Source of the DNA: a virus
Taxonomy: Duplodnaviria; Heunggongvirae; Uroviricota; Caudoviricetes
Length of the DNA stretch: 39,749 nt
Direction: 5' to 3' (one strand)
Virus record (IMG/VR): IMGVR_UViG_2541047827_000012
Shown: positions 17,705-27,012 of the stretch, piece after piece
Layout of the letters: every line of letters begins with the position of its first letter
Position numbering within the stretch: position 1 is the first letter of the stretch
Notes under the pieces: model-generated
What the model was told of the DNA's origin: nothing
Seen by the model: only the letters and a program-made list of their open reading frames with translations
Databases searched by the model: none
Translations under genes and position numbers: made by a program

Positions 17705-20175
17705 CAGAATCCCCCAACAGTAAGGCGAGGAATAACGGCAAGAACAGACAGCGGCAACGGATCAAGCTGACGGATTTTTACACGTCCGTTTTTGCCCCAG
17801 TTACTGTCCAGTTTCACTTCTACTTTTCCGGTAGCATCATCAACAGGATCATCGTAGAACTCGAATTCACGCTGTGGATATTCGTACCATTTACCGCCGG
17901 GCGTAGTCGCCCAGATGCCGCGACTGGCATTCACAACCAGAGTAACGGAGGGGATCACCTGTTTTTTGTCCAGCAGCGTTTCCTGTCCGTTAATGTTGAT
18001 ATCCAGTGTTTCGAATTCAGCAGTTATTGGCAGGCCGATGTGCACTACAGCCCCCGGAGATTCCAGCGTGACGGCACCTCTGGAAACCACTTTCTGTGGT
18101 TCCACGTTCGCATCAGAGAGAATGTTTACGGTCTGGCCTTCAAGATGAGACAGGCCTCCAAATGTCCGGCGCGCCATCTGCCAGTTCGTGGTGGCCACAT
18201 TCCTGAGGGATGGCGGGACGTTCCTGTTAGCACGAACCACTACAGCGGTATTGCTGGTTACAGAAATAATGTCGCAACGTAATTCTTTTGACACTTCATC
18301 GCCAGTACCAGGATCAGTTCCGGTATAAGGGAACTGTAGTTGCGCGCCGACATCACTACTGGTGAAGTACGCACCACCAGAAACACTGATTGTATATTCT
18401 GCACGGTAATCCCATTCACCAGAACCACCAGTGATGGTCATCGTTCTGTCAGACGTATTTCTTCCATCATAGCTAAGGCCAGAATCAACAAAGAAAGCAT
18501 CTTCATCGCTGGTAAATAAACGGCTGGACAGTCGCTCGATGTATCTCACTGTTTGCCCGTTAACGGTTCGGTTAATGACGAAATACACCGCATCTTCATT
18601 GCCTTCGCTGATACTGCATGTGCTTTCATATTTTCCGGTACTGGACTGTGGTGCCCATGCAAAAACCTGTTGATCACGCAAATAGGTCATCACCAGTAAT
18701 TTACCGTCATCACGAATGCAGAAGGCGCTGGAGTAAGGGACAATAGAGAAGCACCAGTCAACAATGCTGTGCTTCTGAAAAAGATGATTGGCAAGGATAG
18801 TAAGGTCGTTCCCCTGATAGCCGTCAACATCGAATGAGTAGGCCAGATCACGGACAACACTGCCTTTCTCCTGTACGAACAGAGCAATATTCGCCACGGC
18901 AATTGGTGGGACATTGCTCGAGCCATTTGATCCCTGAGAGCTGAATGCAAATGATGATGGGGTTAACACTTTGTTCTGGTCGCCGGTGATGACGTACTCA
19001 CCTCCGGAAGTCAGCGCCACCAGCGAACCAACATCAATCAGGTGGCGGATCTCATTAACCTGACGCCCGGCATAGGTGTAGATAATTCTGTCGTCATCCT
19101 GCGTAGGATTGCTTTTGCCAAAATCCTTATAATCCCCGGTACGGCTGGCCCAGATAGTCTGAGGGAACGCAGTCGATGCGGCGAAGTAAAGACGCTGTTG
19201 ATAATAAACAACAGTGCCAGGATAACCATTAACACTGTTCCAGGCATATTTAGCCCATTTATAGCTGGCATTATCCTCGCCAACTACCTGCGAAGGGATA
19301 TAGGAAATCACCTCAGCAGTTGCAGTAGTGCCATTTACAGCAGTTATACGGGCAATGCCAAAACCACTGTGCAGATACTCCCACTCAATGCCAGTATCAT
19401 CATCACCGGATCCGCCCCAGCCATCCCATGATGTGCCTTCTGTATGCGAAGGGCGCAAAGTGCCTGTTTTGCCTGCTGTAACGGCTCGATAGTAGTTACT
19501 GTCTGCACGGCGAATATCGCCAATCGACGTACTCTTACTGGTTTCCCATACCGGCACTGAATCCACTGCAGGCTGTTCCAGATAGAACAATTTGCCTACC
19601 TGCTCCGCGCCAAAAATAGAGGCGCTTGCCGTTAACGTAATTGTCCCGGTGCTGGCGCTGGCATAAACCGTCACTGACTCGTCAATATTGATATCTTCAA
19701 ATGGCCCGTTCTTCGTTACCACATCAACCAGTTGCCAGTTGTCATGAGCATATCGGCGCAACTCTTTCGGCGGGTATGCCGGGTGAACCAGCGTAAGCAC
19801 GTCGGCGCTTTGCGTGAATTTAATTCGGAACAGATCGGCTTCAGTATATGGCGTGGCAATTTCATAAATAACATTGCTGCTGTTCAGCACCAACGCACCA
19901 TCTTTGATAACGCGCATGTACTGGTGTCCGAACTCCAGAGCATAGGTCTGAACCGTCGAGAACTGGAACGGGATCAGGCGGCATTTCCGATTTGGGTATT
20001 TGGCGGCACCGACAAAACGCGTACCAGGTCGATTCTCAACGCCGCCATACTGCCGCACGATAAAGTTATCGCACTTGCGCAATGCCACCTGGTACTTCGC
20101 CATGTCGATACGACCGTACAACGACGGTCCAATCTCACCACCGGCAAAGCTGGGCTGGATCCAACTGATAGCCAT
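17704..20175 (-). CDS. Tail tubular protein B-like (T7 gp12-like nozzle), 823 aa
   Basis: Size, position after the gp11-like gene and N-terminus MAISWIQPSFAGGEIGPSLYGRID resembling the T7 gp12 N-terminal pattern. Confidence 0.7.
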   Translation of the reverse strand: MAISWIQPSFAGGEIGPSLYGRIDMAKYQVALRKCDNFIVRQYGGVENRPGTRFVGAAKYPNRKCRLIPFQFSTVQTYALEFGHQYMRVIKDGALVLNSSNVIYEIATPYTEADLFRIKFTQSADVLTLVHPAYPPKELRRYAHDNWQLVDVVTKNGPFEDINIDESVTVYASASTGTITLTASASIFGAEQVGKLFYLEQPAVDSVPVWETSKSTSIGDIRRADSNYYRAVTAGKTGTLRPSHTEGTSWDGWGGSGDDDTGIEWEYLHSGFGIARITAVNGTTATAEVISYIPSQVVGEDNASYKWAKYAWNSVNGYPGTVVYYQQRLYFAASTAFPQTIWASRTGDYKDFGKSNPTQDDDRIIYTYAGRQVNEIRHLIDVGSLVALTSGGEYVITGDQNKVLTPSSFAFSSQGSNGSSNVPPIAVANIALFVQEKGSVVRDLAYSFDVDGYQGNDLTILANHLFQKHSIVDWCFSIVPYSSAFCIRDDGKLLVMTYLRDQQVFAWAPQSSTGKYESTCSISEGNEDAVYFVINRTVNGQTVRYIERLSSRLFTSDEDAFFVDSGLSYDGRNTSDRTMTITGGSGEWDYRAEYTISVSGGAYFTSSDVGAQLQFPYTGTDPGTGDEVSKELRCDIISVTSNTAVVVRANRNVPPSLRNVATTNWQMARRTFGGLSHLEGQTVNILSDANVEPQKVVSRGAVTLESPGAVVHIGLPITAEFETLDININGQETLLDKKQVIPSVTLVVNASRGIWATTPGGKWYEYPQREFEFYDDPVDDATGKVEVKLDSNWGKNGRVKIRQLDPLPLSVLAVIPRLTVGGF

Positions 20176-20780
20176 CAGGACAACCTCGCAATGGTAAACT
20201 CGTCAACCGGTGGCTGTGGTTCCTGTGATTCATTCTGGCTATGCGAGCCAGCACTAAGAATCACGCGATTGTACATATTGAGGGCAAACGTACCGAGGTC
20301 TGCATTCCCAGTCAGCGCCATGTTAATGGCTGCCGCAAGACGCCAGGCCAACGCCTCCATAAAAATGGCATCAAACATGTTCACATCTGAAACGCGAGAT
20401 ACATACTTGAGCCATGCCTGCGGCTGGTCTGTGTAGATCAACTTTCCTGTTCCGTTGGTGTCTGCACCAACTTCGTACTGAACGCGCATTGCTGCTGTTG
20501 GATTGCGTACACCAGGAAGCATAATTTCAGTAATGCGCAGACAATCGGACGGGTACTGGTACGCATATTCCCAGTCAGGCGGTGGATTGCTCGTATCTGC
20601 AAGCGCCACGCGTTTGGTAGCAAAGTTCCAGTCAAAATCAGAAAGCACAGCATCACGGCAGGCCTCAAAGTGCAGCGAACATTCCCCCGCTTCCTTGCTG
20701 GCTTCCGTCAGGCTGTTAATACTGCGGCTATTGCCAATATTGGACAGCGCACGATTGCAGATCTCTACTACAGAGGCCAT
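20175..20780 (-). CDS. Tail tubular protein A-like (T7 gp11-like adaptor), 201 aa
   Basis: N-terminus VEICNRALSNIGNSRSINSLTE resembles the gp11 N-terminal motif; size and position fit. Confidence 0.65.
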   Translation of the reverse strand: MASVVEICNRALSNIGNSRSINSLTEASKEAGECSLHFEACRDAVLSDFDWNFATKRVALADTSNPPPDWEYAYQYPSDCLRITEIMLPGVRNPTAAMRVQYEVGADTNGTGKLIYTDQPQAWLKYVSRVSDVNMFDAIFMEALAWRLAAAINMALTGNADLGTFALNMYNRVILSAGSHSQNESQEPQPPVDEFTIARLS

Positions 20781-21109
20781 TACTCACCCCCATTGCCGTA
20801 CAGGGTTTCAGCCGCTGATTTTTCTACATCCCCGGAAACAGGAGCGATCGCCATATCAGTGATCTGCAGATCGGCGCTGCGATTAACACCATCGTCAGTT
20901 TCTCTGGCAGACAGGCCTCGAATAACAGCTTTTGCAGTTATCATCACTTCTGTTCCGACGCCCTGAGGTTGCGCCTTCAGCTTATTCAATGTGTCGTTAT
21001 TAAGAGTGATGCACAGCCCCCACGGGTATTCATCGCGAGTTCTGGTTTCTCCGCTCTCATCCTGGTAGCTGTCAGTGCCGGTTTTGAGGTTTACGAGTTC
21101 CATATACAC
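20780..21109 (-). CDS. Hypothetical head-tail joining or virion protein (109 aa)
   Basis: Tightly coupled between the capsid-proximal genes and the tail tube genes. Confidence 0.5.
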   Translation of the reverse strand: MYMELVNLKTGTDSYQDESGETRTRDEYPWGLCITLNNDTLNKLKAQPQGVGTEVMITAKAVIRGLSARETDDGVNRSADLQITDMAIAPVSGDVEKSAAETLYGNGGE

Positions 21110-21153
21110 TCCTGCAATAAAGGGGCCGAAGCCCCTTGTCGGATTCGCGAGGC

Positions 21154-21498
21154 TTACACGCCTAGTTCTTTACGCTTATCTGCGATCTTCTCGCGGAGCG
21201 TTTCGGCTTTAGCGTTATGGTGTGGCTTCTCGTTAAAGAGCAATTCGTACTCTTCACGGAGCTTATCCAGTTCACCATCATCTGACACATCGTTGATGAT
21301 TTTGGTGCTGGTTGCTGCCATTGACACCTTTCCTGCAACTTTTGCTTTTGCCTGTCTGGCTGCATCGTTAACAGGTTCCAGTGCGCTACCAGGCTCACCT
21401 TCGTATTCGATTTCTGCCCCCTCCGGCCACAGAGTGTTATGGATATGAGAGAGGCGCAGAACGCGGTATCTTGGTTTCTCACCTGACATCGATATCAC
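21154..21498 (-). CDS. Hypothetical virion protein (114 aa)
   Basis: ORF with start adjacent to upstream stop; followed by a GGGGC-ttcg-GCCCC hairpin at 21118-21135. Confidence 0.5.
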   Translation of the reverse strand: MISMSGEKPRYRVLRLSHIHNTLWPEGAEIEYEGEPGSALEPVNDAARQAKAKVAGKVSMAATSTKIINDVSDDGELDKLREEYELLFNEKPHHNAKAETLREKIADKRKELGV

Positions 21499-21499
21499 C

Positions 21500-21937
21500 T
21501 TAACCAGTTACTTTTGAGCGGATCGGATACGGCGTATTGGCATCAACATCAAGACTGATACCAGCAGTGAATTCGCCAGCCGTTAGTGGGCCAGTTGCGA
21601 CGGAGTAGTTAACACGCAGATATCGCTGAACACCGGCAGGCACCTTTGCAGAAACAACTCGTTTACCTGCTGTCAGGGCGGTCTTTGCCAGTGCGCCACT
21701 ATCATAAATAGTGGTCCATGAGCTGTTATTCTCACTCGTCTGCAACTGGATGTTTACAGTTGCATCACCGCTTGCCGCGGCGGCTGTGTTAACCAGCGCC
21801 CAAAACTCAAGCGGGTAACCCACGCCGATATCACGACGTTTTCCGTCAATTGGACCGAGATCGATTACGTCAGTAGAAGCCGCGGTATTCGTAACCGCCT
21901 GAGCTTCGGAGAACATCAACAGTTTGTCGGTGATCAT
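21500..21937 (-). CDS. Putative capsid decoration/accessory protein (145 aa)
   Basis: Immediately downstream of the major capsid gene; Thr/Ala/Ser/Val-rich, beta-rich-looking sequence. Confidence 0.45.
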   Translation of the reverse strand: MITDKLLMFSEAQAVTNTAASTDVIDLGPIDGKRRDIGVGYPLEFWALVNTAAAASGDATVNIQLQTSENNSSWTTIYDSGALAKTALTAGKRVVSAKVPAGVQRYLRVNYSVATGPLTAGEFTAGISLDVDANTPYPIRSKVTG

Positions 21938-21988
21938 CTTCTTTCTCCATTAGTGGGTCTGTTACGACCCACAGGTTAATAACAGGCG

Positions 21989-22981
21989 TTACACCACGCG
22001 GGCTTCTGTTTCCAGAAGCGCATCAGTTTCACGGATTGGTACACCACGGAATGAAGTCCACCACTCGCCTTCTGTCTCTTTTACGCTGATCGCCAGAGAT
22101 GTTTTCTCCAGAGATTGCAGATCAAGAGCCTGGCCTACAGTGCGGTTCATGTAGAACACCGGGCGACCCATGCCACGATTTGGAATGCGATGCAGTGCTT
22201 TAACCATCAACTTCGCAATATTTGCGGCAGAGGAAGGTTCTGAAAGATTGCTGACATCGATGTTTGCAATGCGAACAACATAACGCCAGTCACGCAGAGC
22301 AAGTCCGTTGTCCCATTTGTAATGGGTACGGTAGCCTTCGTACTTGCCGCCATTAGCATCTTCCAGTGTCACCTGGCCTTTATCTTCCATCTGAATGCCA
22401 GCCTTCTGCCCTTTCGGGAAGATGCCATGCACGGTGTTTTCGCCCCACACCACTAACCAGATTGAGGTGTTATCTGTACCCGTGCCACCAGCATCAATGA
22501 TGTTCTGAGCATTACCTGCAGACAGGCTGGAATAGCGGGAGGACAGTCCCATAAACTGCTGAGGGTTAACGCTGGAATCACCATAAAACAGCGTCTGCGC
22601 CATCTGCTGATTCATCGCTTCAATAAATGCGCGGTCTTCAGACAGGCGGAATTCGGCGGTATTGCCGTTCAGATCAGCCAGTGACTTATCGACTTCAGCA
22701 TAGGTTTCCAGCATGCCAACGGAATCGGTTACCTGCACTGTGGTTGATTTGCTTGGCTGTACGCCATAGTTCAGCAAACGCCAGGTAGCTGAAGGTAAAC
22801 CAGAACGAATGGTGGTTCGGTGTCCGGTAGGAAGGTTCCCTTCGACAAAAGGCATATCCTGAAGGATCGGGTTAGTTTGACCGAGAAGCTCGATAATCTT
22901 ATCGACTTTCCCGTTTGGATCGACGCGCTTACCCCAGTCAGCCAGCGTTAGCGCAGTTAAGCCTTTAACAGCCATTGTCAT
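21989..22981 (-). CDS. Major capsid protein (330 aa)
   Basis: Position after the scaffold gene, size typical of HK97-fold capsid proteins, hairpin after stop. Confidence 0.7.
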   Translation of the reverse strand: MTMAVKGLTALTLADWGKRVDPNGKVDKIIELLGQTNPILQDMPFVEGNLPTGHRTTIRSGLPSATWRLLNYGVQPSKSTTVQVTDSVGMLETYAEVDKSLADLNGNTAEFRLSEDRAFIEAMNQQMAQTLFYGDSSVNPQQFMGLSSRYSSLSAGNAQNIIDAGGTGTDNTSIWLVVWGENTVHGIFPKGQKAGIQMEDKGQVTLEDANGGKYEGYRTHYKWDNGLALRDWRYVVRIANIDVSNLSEPSSAANIAKLMVKALHRIPNRGMGRPVFYMNRTVGQALDLQSLEKTSLAISVKETEGEWWTSFRGVPIRETDALLETEARVV

Positions 22982-22989
22982 TTCCTCTC

Positions 22990-23691
22990 TTATTTGCCAT
23001 AGAGCACTTCGGCCGCACTACGCTGGCCTTCATTACCACCGGTGACCATGCCATCTTCAGACATCGCCTTTCCGATTTTCACGAACGTTTTGACCAGATC
23101 AGGGTGATTACCCAGCCCGGTGGTGTTCAGATATTCTTTGAGTTCAGGTGTCCCGAACTGGTCAAGCGCACGCTGTGCGGCGCTAAGGTTAGAAATCAAC
23201 TTGTCGCCACCGATTTCTTTGTCAGCTTTTACATCAGCAGCCCACTGCTCGGTTGTTTTCTGCCAGGCTTCTGCCTGGCGCTGCTGCACACCTGCCAGAA
23301 TCTTCGGATAAGCATCAACCAGCTTTTGCGCTTGCTCGTTGGTCAGGTTAAGTTCTCGCGCCACCGGCTCGAATTCCTTCAACGCTTCTGTATCCAGCTC
23401 TACGCCTTCGGCAGCCTGAAACTCGTACTTCTCAGGCGCACCCTCTGGTTTATCGCCGTCCTTTTTTTCATCCTGCTTATCGTTTTCAGGCTTTTTGTCA
23501 TCAGCAGGTTTATCGCCATCAGCAACAGGTTGTGGCTTATCACCTTCCGATTGTGATGGATCACCAACTGGAGCAGGGTTATCACCTGCAGGCGCTGACG
23601 GTTCTGACGCAGCCGGAGCTGCTCCACCATCGACTGGTTGCTCATTGCAAAGACGGCGATACAGCAAACGCTCAAATAAATTCATGATCAC
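22990..23691 (-). CDS. Scaffolding protein (233 aa)
   Basis: Acidic Pro/Asp/Glu/Lys-rich N-terminus and helical C-terminus; between portal and capsid. Confidence 0.6.
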   Translation of the reverse strand: MIMNLFERLLYRRLCNEQPVDGGAAPAASEPSAPAGDNPAPVGDPSQSEGDKPQPVADGDKPADDKKPENDKQDEKKDGDKPEGAPEKYEFQAAEGVELDTEALKEFEPVARELNLTNEQAQKLVDAYPKILAGVQQRQAEAWQKTTEQWAADVKADKEIGGDKLISNLSAAQRALDQFGTPELKEYLNTTGLGNHPDLVKTFVKIGKAMSEDGMVTGGNEGQRSAAEVLYGK

Positions 23692-23984
23692 TCCTGTTCA
23701 CTGGCCTCTTTGGCCATCTTCAAATACTGTTCAGGGCAATGCGCCATAACGCGCTGAAACAGTTCCAGCGCCAGATTGCGTTGCCCCTCATTAAATGCCA
23801 TTGCCATAGCGTCCATCGGTGAGATAGCGGAAAACACACGGCCTTTCTCCAGCACCGACCAGACAACGCGACGCCCCTGTTCACTGCTCATGACAAAGCG
23901 AATGTCATCAATTTCACGCTGTGCCATGTCACGTTGCTTACGGGCGCTTTCTTCTTTCAGTTGATCATCTTCGTAATCTGTCAT
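23688..23984 (-). CDS. Hypothetical head protein (98 aa)
   Basis: Overlaps portal stop and scaffold start by 4 nt each. Confidence 0.5.
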   Translation of the reverse strand: MTDYEDDQLKEESARKQRDMAQREIDDIRFVMSSEQGRRVVWSVLEKGRVFSAISPMDAMAMAFNEGQRNLALELFQRVMAHCPEQYLKMAKEASEQE

Positions 23985-25660
23985 TGTGATTGCCCACCCT
24001 GACCACTAACTGCATTCGCCATAGCTGACAAAACACTCGGATCCGAAGTTTTAGCTTCGCTTAGCGTCTTGGCGCCCTGTGCCGCCGCCATTCCCATCGC
24101 CATCATTTGTTGCTGCTGTTGCTGCTGTGCCCGTTGCTGGCGAGCCTGCTCAACCTGTTCCTGCGGAACAATGACGGTTGGAGACACTCCGGACATATCA
24201 GCGAATGCATCGATCGCCTGATCAACGTTGAGTTTGTCGAGAGCTTCTGGTTTCGCTTGCGCAAGTTGACCAATGAAGTTGACCGTAGACGCCAGACTGG
24301 ACAGGCCGATAGACTTCTGCGCCTGAGCCATGACGGAAATGTATTCGACCTTCAGGGGCATACCTTCCATCGCGTCAGGCGGTGGCGGCAGCATGTTTTT
24401 ACGCACCATCATCGAGAAAGCGCGGTCAATGAGAGGATTAAGACATTCGTCGTTCAGACGCTCCAGAACCGGCCCCAACATCAGAAGTTTTTCTTCTTTC
24501 ATTTCGATCACCGCTTCAACAGGCATCGAGCGGGTATTGATGTTCTGCAACATCATGAACAGATCGACAAAGTAGGCGCTGTTAATGATTTGACGAGTGT
24601 CCTGAATGTCTGCCACCAAATCTGCTGTACTGGGGTTAACCAGATAAGCAGGCCTGAAACCATCCTGACCAGTAATCTGATCGATATACGTGATGTCGCC
24701 AGGAAGAAGGGAGGCACGCTGATTCTTGAGGGAAGTCGGAGCAACCATCGGCGGATTGGTGGCTTTATCAATCAACTGCGACTTGCGCTTCTGGAGAAGC
24801 TGCAATGCCTTAACAGGTCCAAGCGCCAGCATACCCGGGCATGATGATCCATAAACATCTTCGCCGTTAACTTCCCAGCGCGGAGCCATAATTGGAAACT
24901 CATCGAATCCGGACTCACGCAACAACTTGTCGTTATCGCCACCAACCTCGTAATAAACCGATTTGAATGGCTTGTTCTTGCTATCCAGCTTCGATGTATC
25001 GCGGTCAATGTTCGGGTAAACCGAATGCATCACTTCAATCCACTTCTCGTAGGTTCCGCTTTCCCACATGCTTTTTACGGATTCGCTGACGTTATTTAGC
25101 CCGAACTCCTGAACAAGCTGACGAACAGTCATAGAGAACTTGCGAAAACAGGTGTCCACACTGCCACGAGGTGAGTTAGCCAGGTAGTAACTGCCTATCG
25201 GGAATGGCATTGTGCGAATGATGTCCTCATCATCCTCCAGTACCGCCATTGCACCGGTGCTGTATGTGCCGAGGCTTCCGTATAACTGCGGCAGCGACTG
25301 ATAGAGATTCGACTTATTGAACATATCGTTCATGCGGTTCTGCACCGCCTCAAGCCACAACTTAACAGGGCCATAATCCATCATTTCAGGATCTGGCGTA
25401 GCCAGGCGAAACCACGGACGCGCGGGGCTTGTGATGCCTGACATCATGCCGCTGGCGAGAGTGCGCGCCGCCATAGTCCCGGTCGAATCAATAATGCGTG
25501 TATTGCGTCGATCGTTACGGTTGACCTCAGAAGTCAGAAAGCGGGAACCACGCGGGTTGATGTAATCACTCAACTCGCGCCAGTGCGGCTCGAACGACTG
25601 ACGCTCGCTTTCAAGTTGTGCGAACTGTTTGTTCAATCGCTCTTTAGTTGTTTCCGCCAT
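23981..25660 (-). CDS. Portal (head-to-tail connector) protein, 559 aa
   Basis: Size, position downstream of terminase, Gln/Ala-rich C-terminal tail. Confidence 0.75.
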   Translation of the reverse strand: MAETTKERLNKQFAQLESERQSFEPHWRELSDYINPRGSRFLTSEVNRNDRRNTRIIDSTGTMAARTLASGMMSGITSPARPWFRLATPDPEMMDYGPVKLWLEAVQNRMNDMFNKSNLYQSLPQLYGSLGTYSTGAMAVLEDDEDIIRTMPFPIGSYYLANSPRGSVDTCFRKFSMTVRQLVQEFGLNNVSESVKSMWESGTYEKWIEVMHSVYPNIDRDTSKLDSKNKPFKSVYYEVGGDNDKLLRESGFDEFPIMAPRWEVNGEDVYGSSCPGMLALGPVKALQLLQKRKSQLIDKATNPPMVAPTSLKNQRASLLPGDITYIDQITGQDGFRPAYLVNPSTADLVADIQDTRQIINSAYFVDLFMMLQNINTRSMPVEAVIEMKEEKLLMLGPVLERLNDECLNPLIDRAFSMMVRKNMLPPPPDAMEGMPLKVEYISVMAQAQKSIGLSSLASTVNFIGQLAQAKPEALDKLNVDQAIDAFADMSGVSPTVIVPQEQVEQARQQRAQQQQQQQMMAMGMAAAQGAKTLSEAKTSDPSVLSAMANAVSGQGGQSQ

Positions 25661-25674
25661 TTCAATGACTCCGG

Positions 25675-25881
25675 TTACTGACCAAGCAGCGTTTTACCGC
25701 TGGTATTAGCGGTTGATGTGTCGCCCTGAGAACCGGTAAGCAGCGTAGAACTACGACCAGCAGCAGCGCGACGGCGACGTGTTTCTTCGTCGCGGGCATC
25801 AACAACGGCGGCATCCTGCTCCTGTGGTGCTGCCTGAACTTCTGGTGTTGCAGGCACTGATGGTGAGCTACCCATGCACAT
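25675..25881 (-). CDS. Small hypothetical protein upstream of portal (68 aa)
   Basis: ORF in frame with plausible start; low-complexity Ala/Gln/Arg-rich; the alternative frame 25662..25901 looks less protein-like. Confidence 0.3.
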   Translation of the reverse strand: MCMGSSPSVPATPEVQAAPQEQDAAVVDARDEETRRRRAAAGRSSTLLTGSQGDTSTANTSGKTLLGQ

Positions 25882-25971
25882 ATCAATGACTCCGTACGCA
25901 ATTAAATTATTACCAATTTAACCACATATGATTTATTTATCGTAGGTGGTTGACATTTAACGCATAAATTA

Positions 25972-25986
25972 TTACCTTTCAGGTAA
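25972..25986. promoter_or_regulatory. Operator-like palindrome TTACCTTTCAGGTAA at head-operon promoter
   Basis: Identical 15-mer to the site at 6587; lies upstream (minus direction) of the 25881/portal operon next to a TTGACA hexamer. Confidence 0.55.
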
Positions 25987-26308
25987 GTAAAGAGTTCATT
26001 CCGGTTATTAACCTGACTGGCTTGTCGTTAAATTGAACAGATGGGGTGAGCTTTTATTTTGAGCAGTACGGTGTATGGCACATGCGTCGATAGCGGTCTG
26101 GATACGTTTAAGGGGCACCCTCCCTTGCTCGAGCAAACGAACCAGGTAGCCGGAATGTGCAAGTCGAGCGGTTTTATTCCGCGCACGGGGATTCACCATC
26201 CCGGCGATTCGGTGTGACGCCTCGGAAGAGACGAGGGTACAACGATGAGAGCATTTATGGAGCCGCGACAAAGTGTGGCGCCTTAACAGGCTAAGTGCTC
26301 TCAGCGTT

Positions 26309-26385
26309 GTGGCATTAGCTCAGTTGGACAGAGCAACCGCCTTCTAAGCGGTTGGTCGCAGGTTCGAATCCTGCATGCCACGCCA
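26309..26385 (+). tRNA. tRNA-Arg (anticodon TCT, reads AGA)
   Basis: Cloverleaf folded by hand: acceptor GTGGCAT/ATGCCAC, D-arm GCTC-AGTTGGACA-GAGC, anticodon stem ACCGC/GCGGT with loop CTTCTAA, T-arm GCAGG-TTCGAAT-CCTGC, discriminator G plus CCA. Confidence 0.9.
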
Positions 26386-26547
26386 GAATCACGCCTAAGG
26401 ACCGTGATGCCAGAAGTTCCAGGTGCTTGGCGGTGATGGTTTCCTTTGAAGGACTATCACCGCCCTTTTTACAGCAGGACGCCATTGCGATGACTTCATG
26501 CTGTAAACCAGTACAGCCACGGAAGGCATAACTCATTGCTTCCAGTT

Positions 26548-26570
26548 CGCCCGGTTCGCCGGGCATTTTT
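26548..26570 (+). terminator. Rho-independent terminator between tRNA and gp49-like gene
   Basis: GCCCGG-ttcg-CCGGGC hairpin followed by ATTTTTTT. Confidence 0.5.
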
Positions 26571-26583
26571 TTAAGGTGAGATT

Positions 26584-26922
26584 ATGAACAACCAGCAAAT
26601 CGAAAAAGAAATCGTTGAGAAAGGCAAAACGGCACCGCGCGTTACGCCAGGCCATATCGAAAGCATTATTCTTGCGGAAACGTACTTCACTGCTGCTGAT
26701 GGGGCTATTGCAACTGGCGATGACTATCACGACAGTTTGGCTCTGCTGACATTTTGTGTATTGACTCTACAAAATGGCTTCACCGTCACCGGAGAGAGTG
26801 CCTGTGCAAGCCCTGAAAACTTTGACGCAGAAATTGGTCGGAAGATTGCCCGGCAGAATGCTGTAAACAAAATCTGGATGCTCGAAGGTTACTTGCTGAA
26901 GCAGAAGCTAAGCGAGCAATAA
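26584..26922 (+). CDS. Phage Gp49-like protein (112 aa), function unknown
   Basis: SD AAGGTGA before ATG 26584; resembles the small gp49/Sf6 gp66-like phage protein family by recollection. Confidence 0.55.
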   Translation: MNNQQIEKEIVEKGKTAPRVTPGHIESIILAETYFTAADGAIATGDDYHDSLALLTFCVLTLQNGFTVTGESACASPENFDAEIGRKIARQNAVNKIWMLEGYLLKQKLSEQ

Positions 26923-26926
26923 CACC

Positions 26927-26938
26927 GTGACATGTCAC
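26927..26938. repeat. 12-bp palindrome GTGACATGTCAC (copy 2 of 3)
   Basis: Exact 12-mer, 5 bp after the gp49-like stop and 4 bp before the terminator hairpin. Confidence 0.8.
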
Positions 26939-26942
26939 AAAC

Positions 26943-26970
26943 AGCCAGCCGATGAGCTGGCTTTGTTTTA
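26943..26970 (+). terminator. Rho-independent terminator of the tRNA/gp49 moron
   Basis: AGCCAGC-cgatga-GCTGGCT hairpin followed by TTGTTTTA. Confidence 0.6.
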
Positions 26971-27012
26971 TCCTCATCAGAGGATATCAACGACATTATC
27001 CCCACCAGCGGA

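Noticed and set aside
19732-20436. 234-aa plus-strand ORF, and similar long antisense ORFs at 24107..24844, 16024..16641, 2458..3114, 10891..11352
   Set aside because: All lie antisense within long, well-supported minus-strand genes and lack RBS; typical antisense open frames.
25990-26308. Possible second tRNA or pseudo-tRNA upstream of tRNA-Arg
   Set aside because: Several hairpins are present but I could not fold a cloverleaf with a T-loop or acceptor stem; left as unassigned leader/promoter region.
26315-26566. 83-aa minus-strand ORF overlapping the tRNA-Arg gene
   Set aside because: Overlaps a well-folded tRNA on the opposite strand and has no RBS; treated as spurious.
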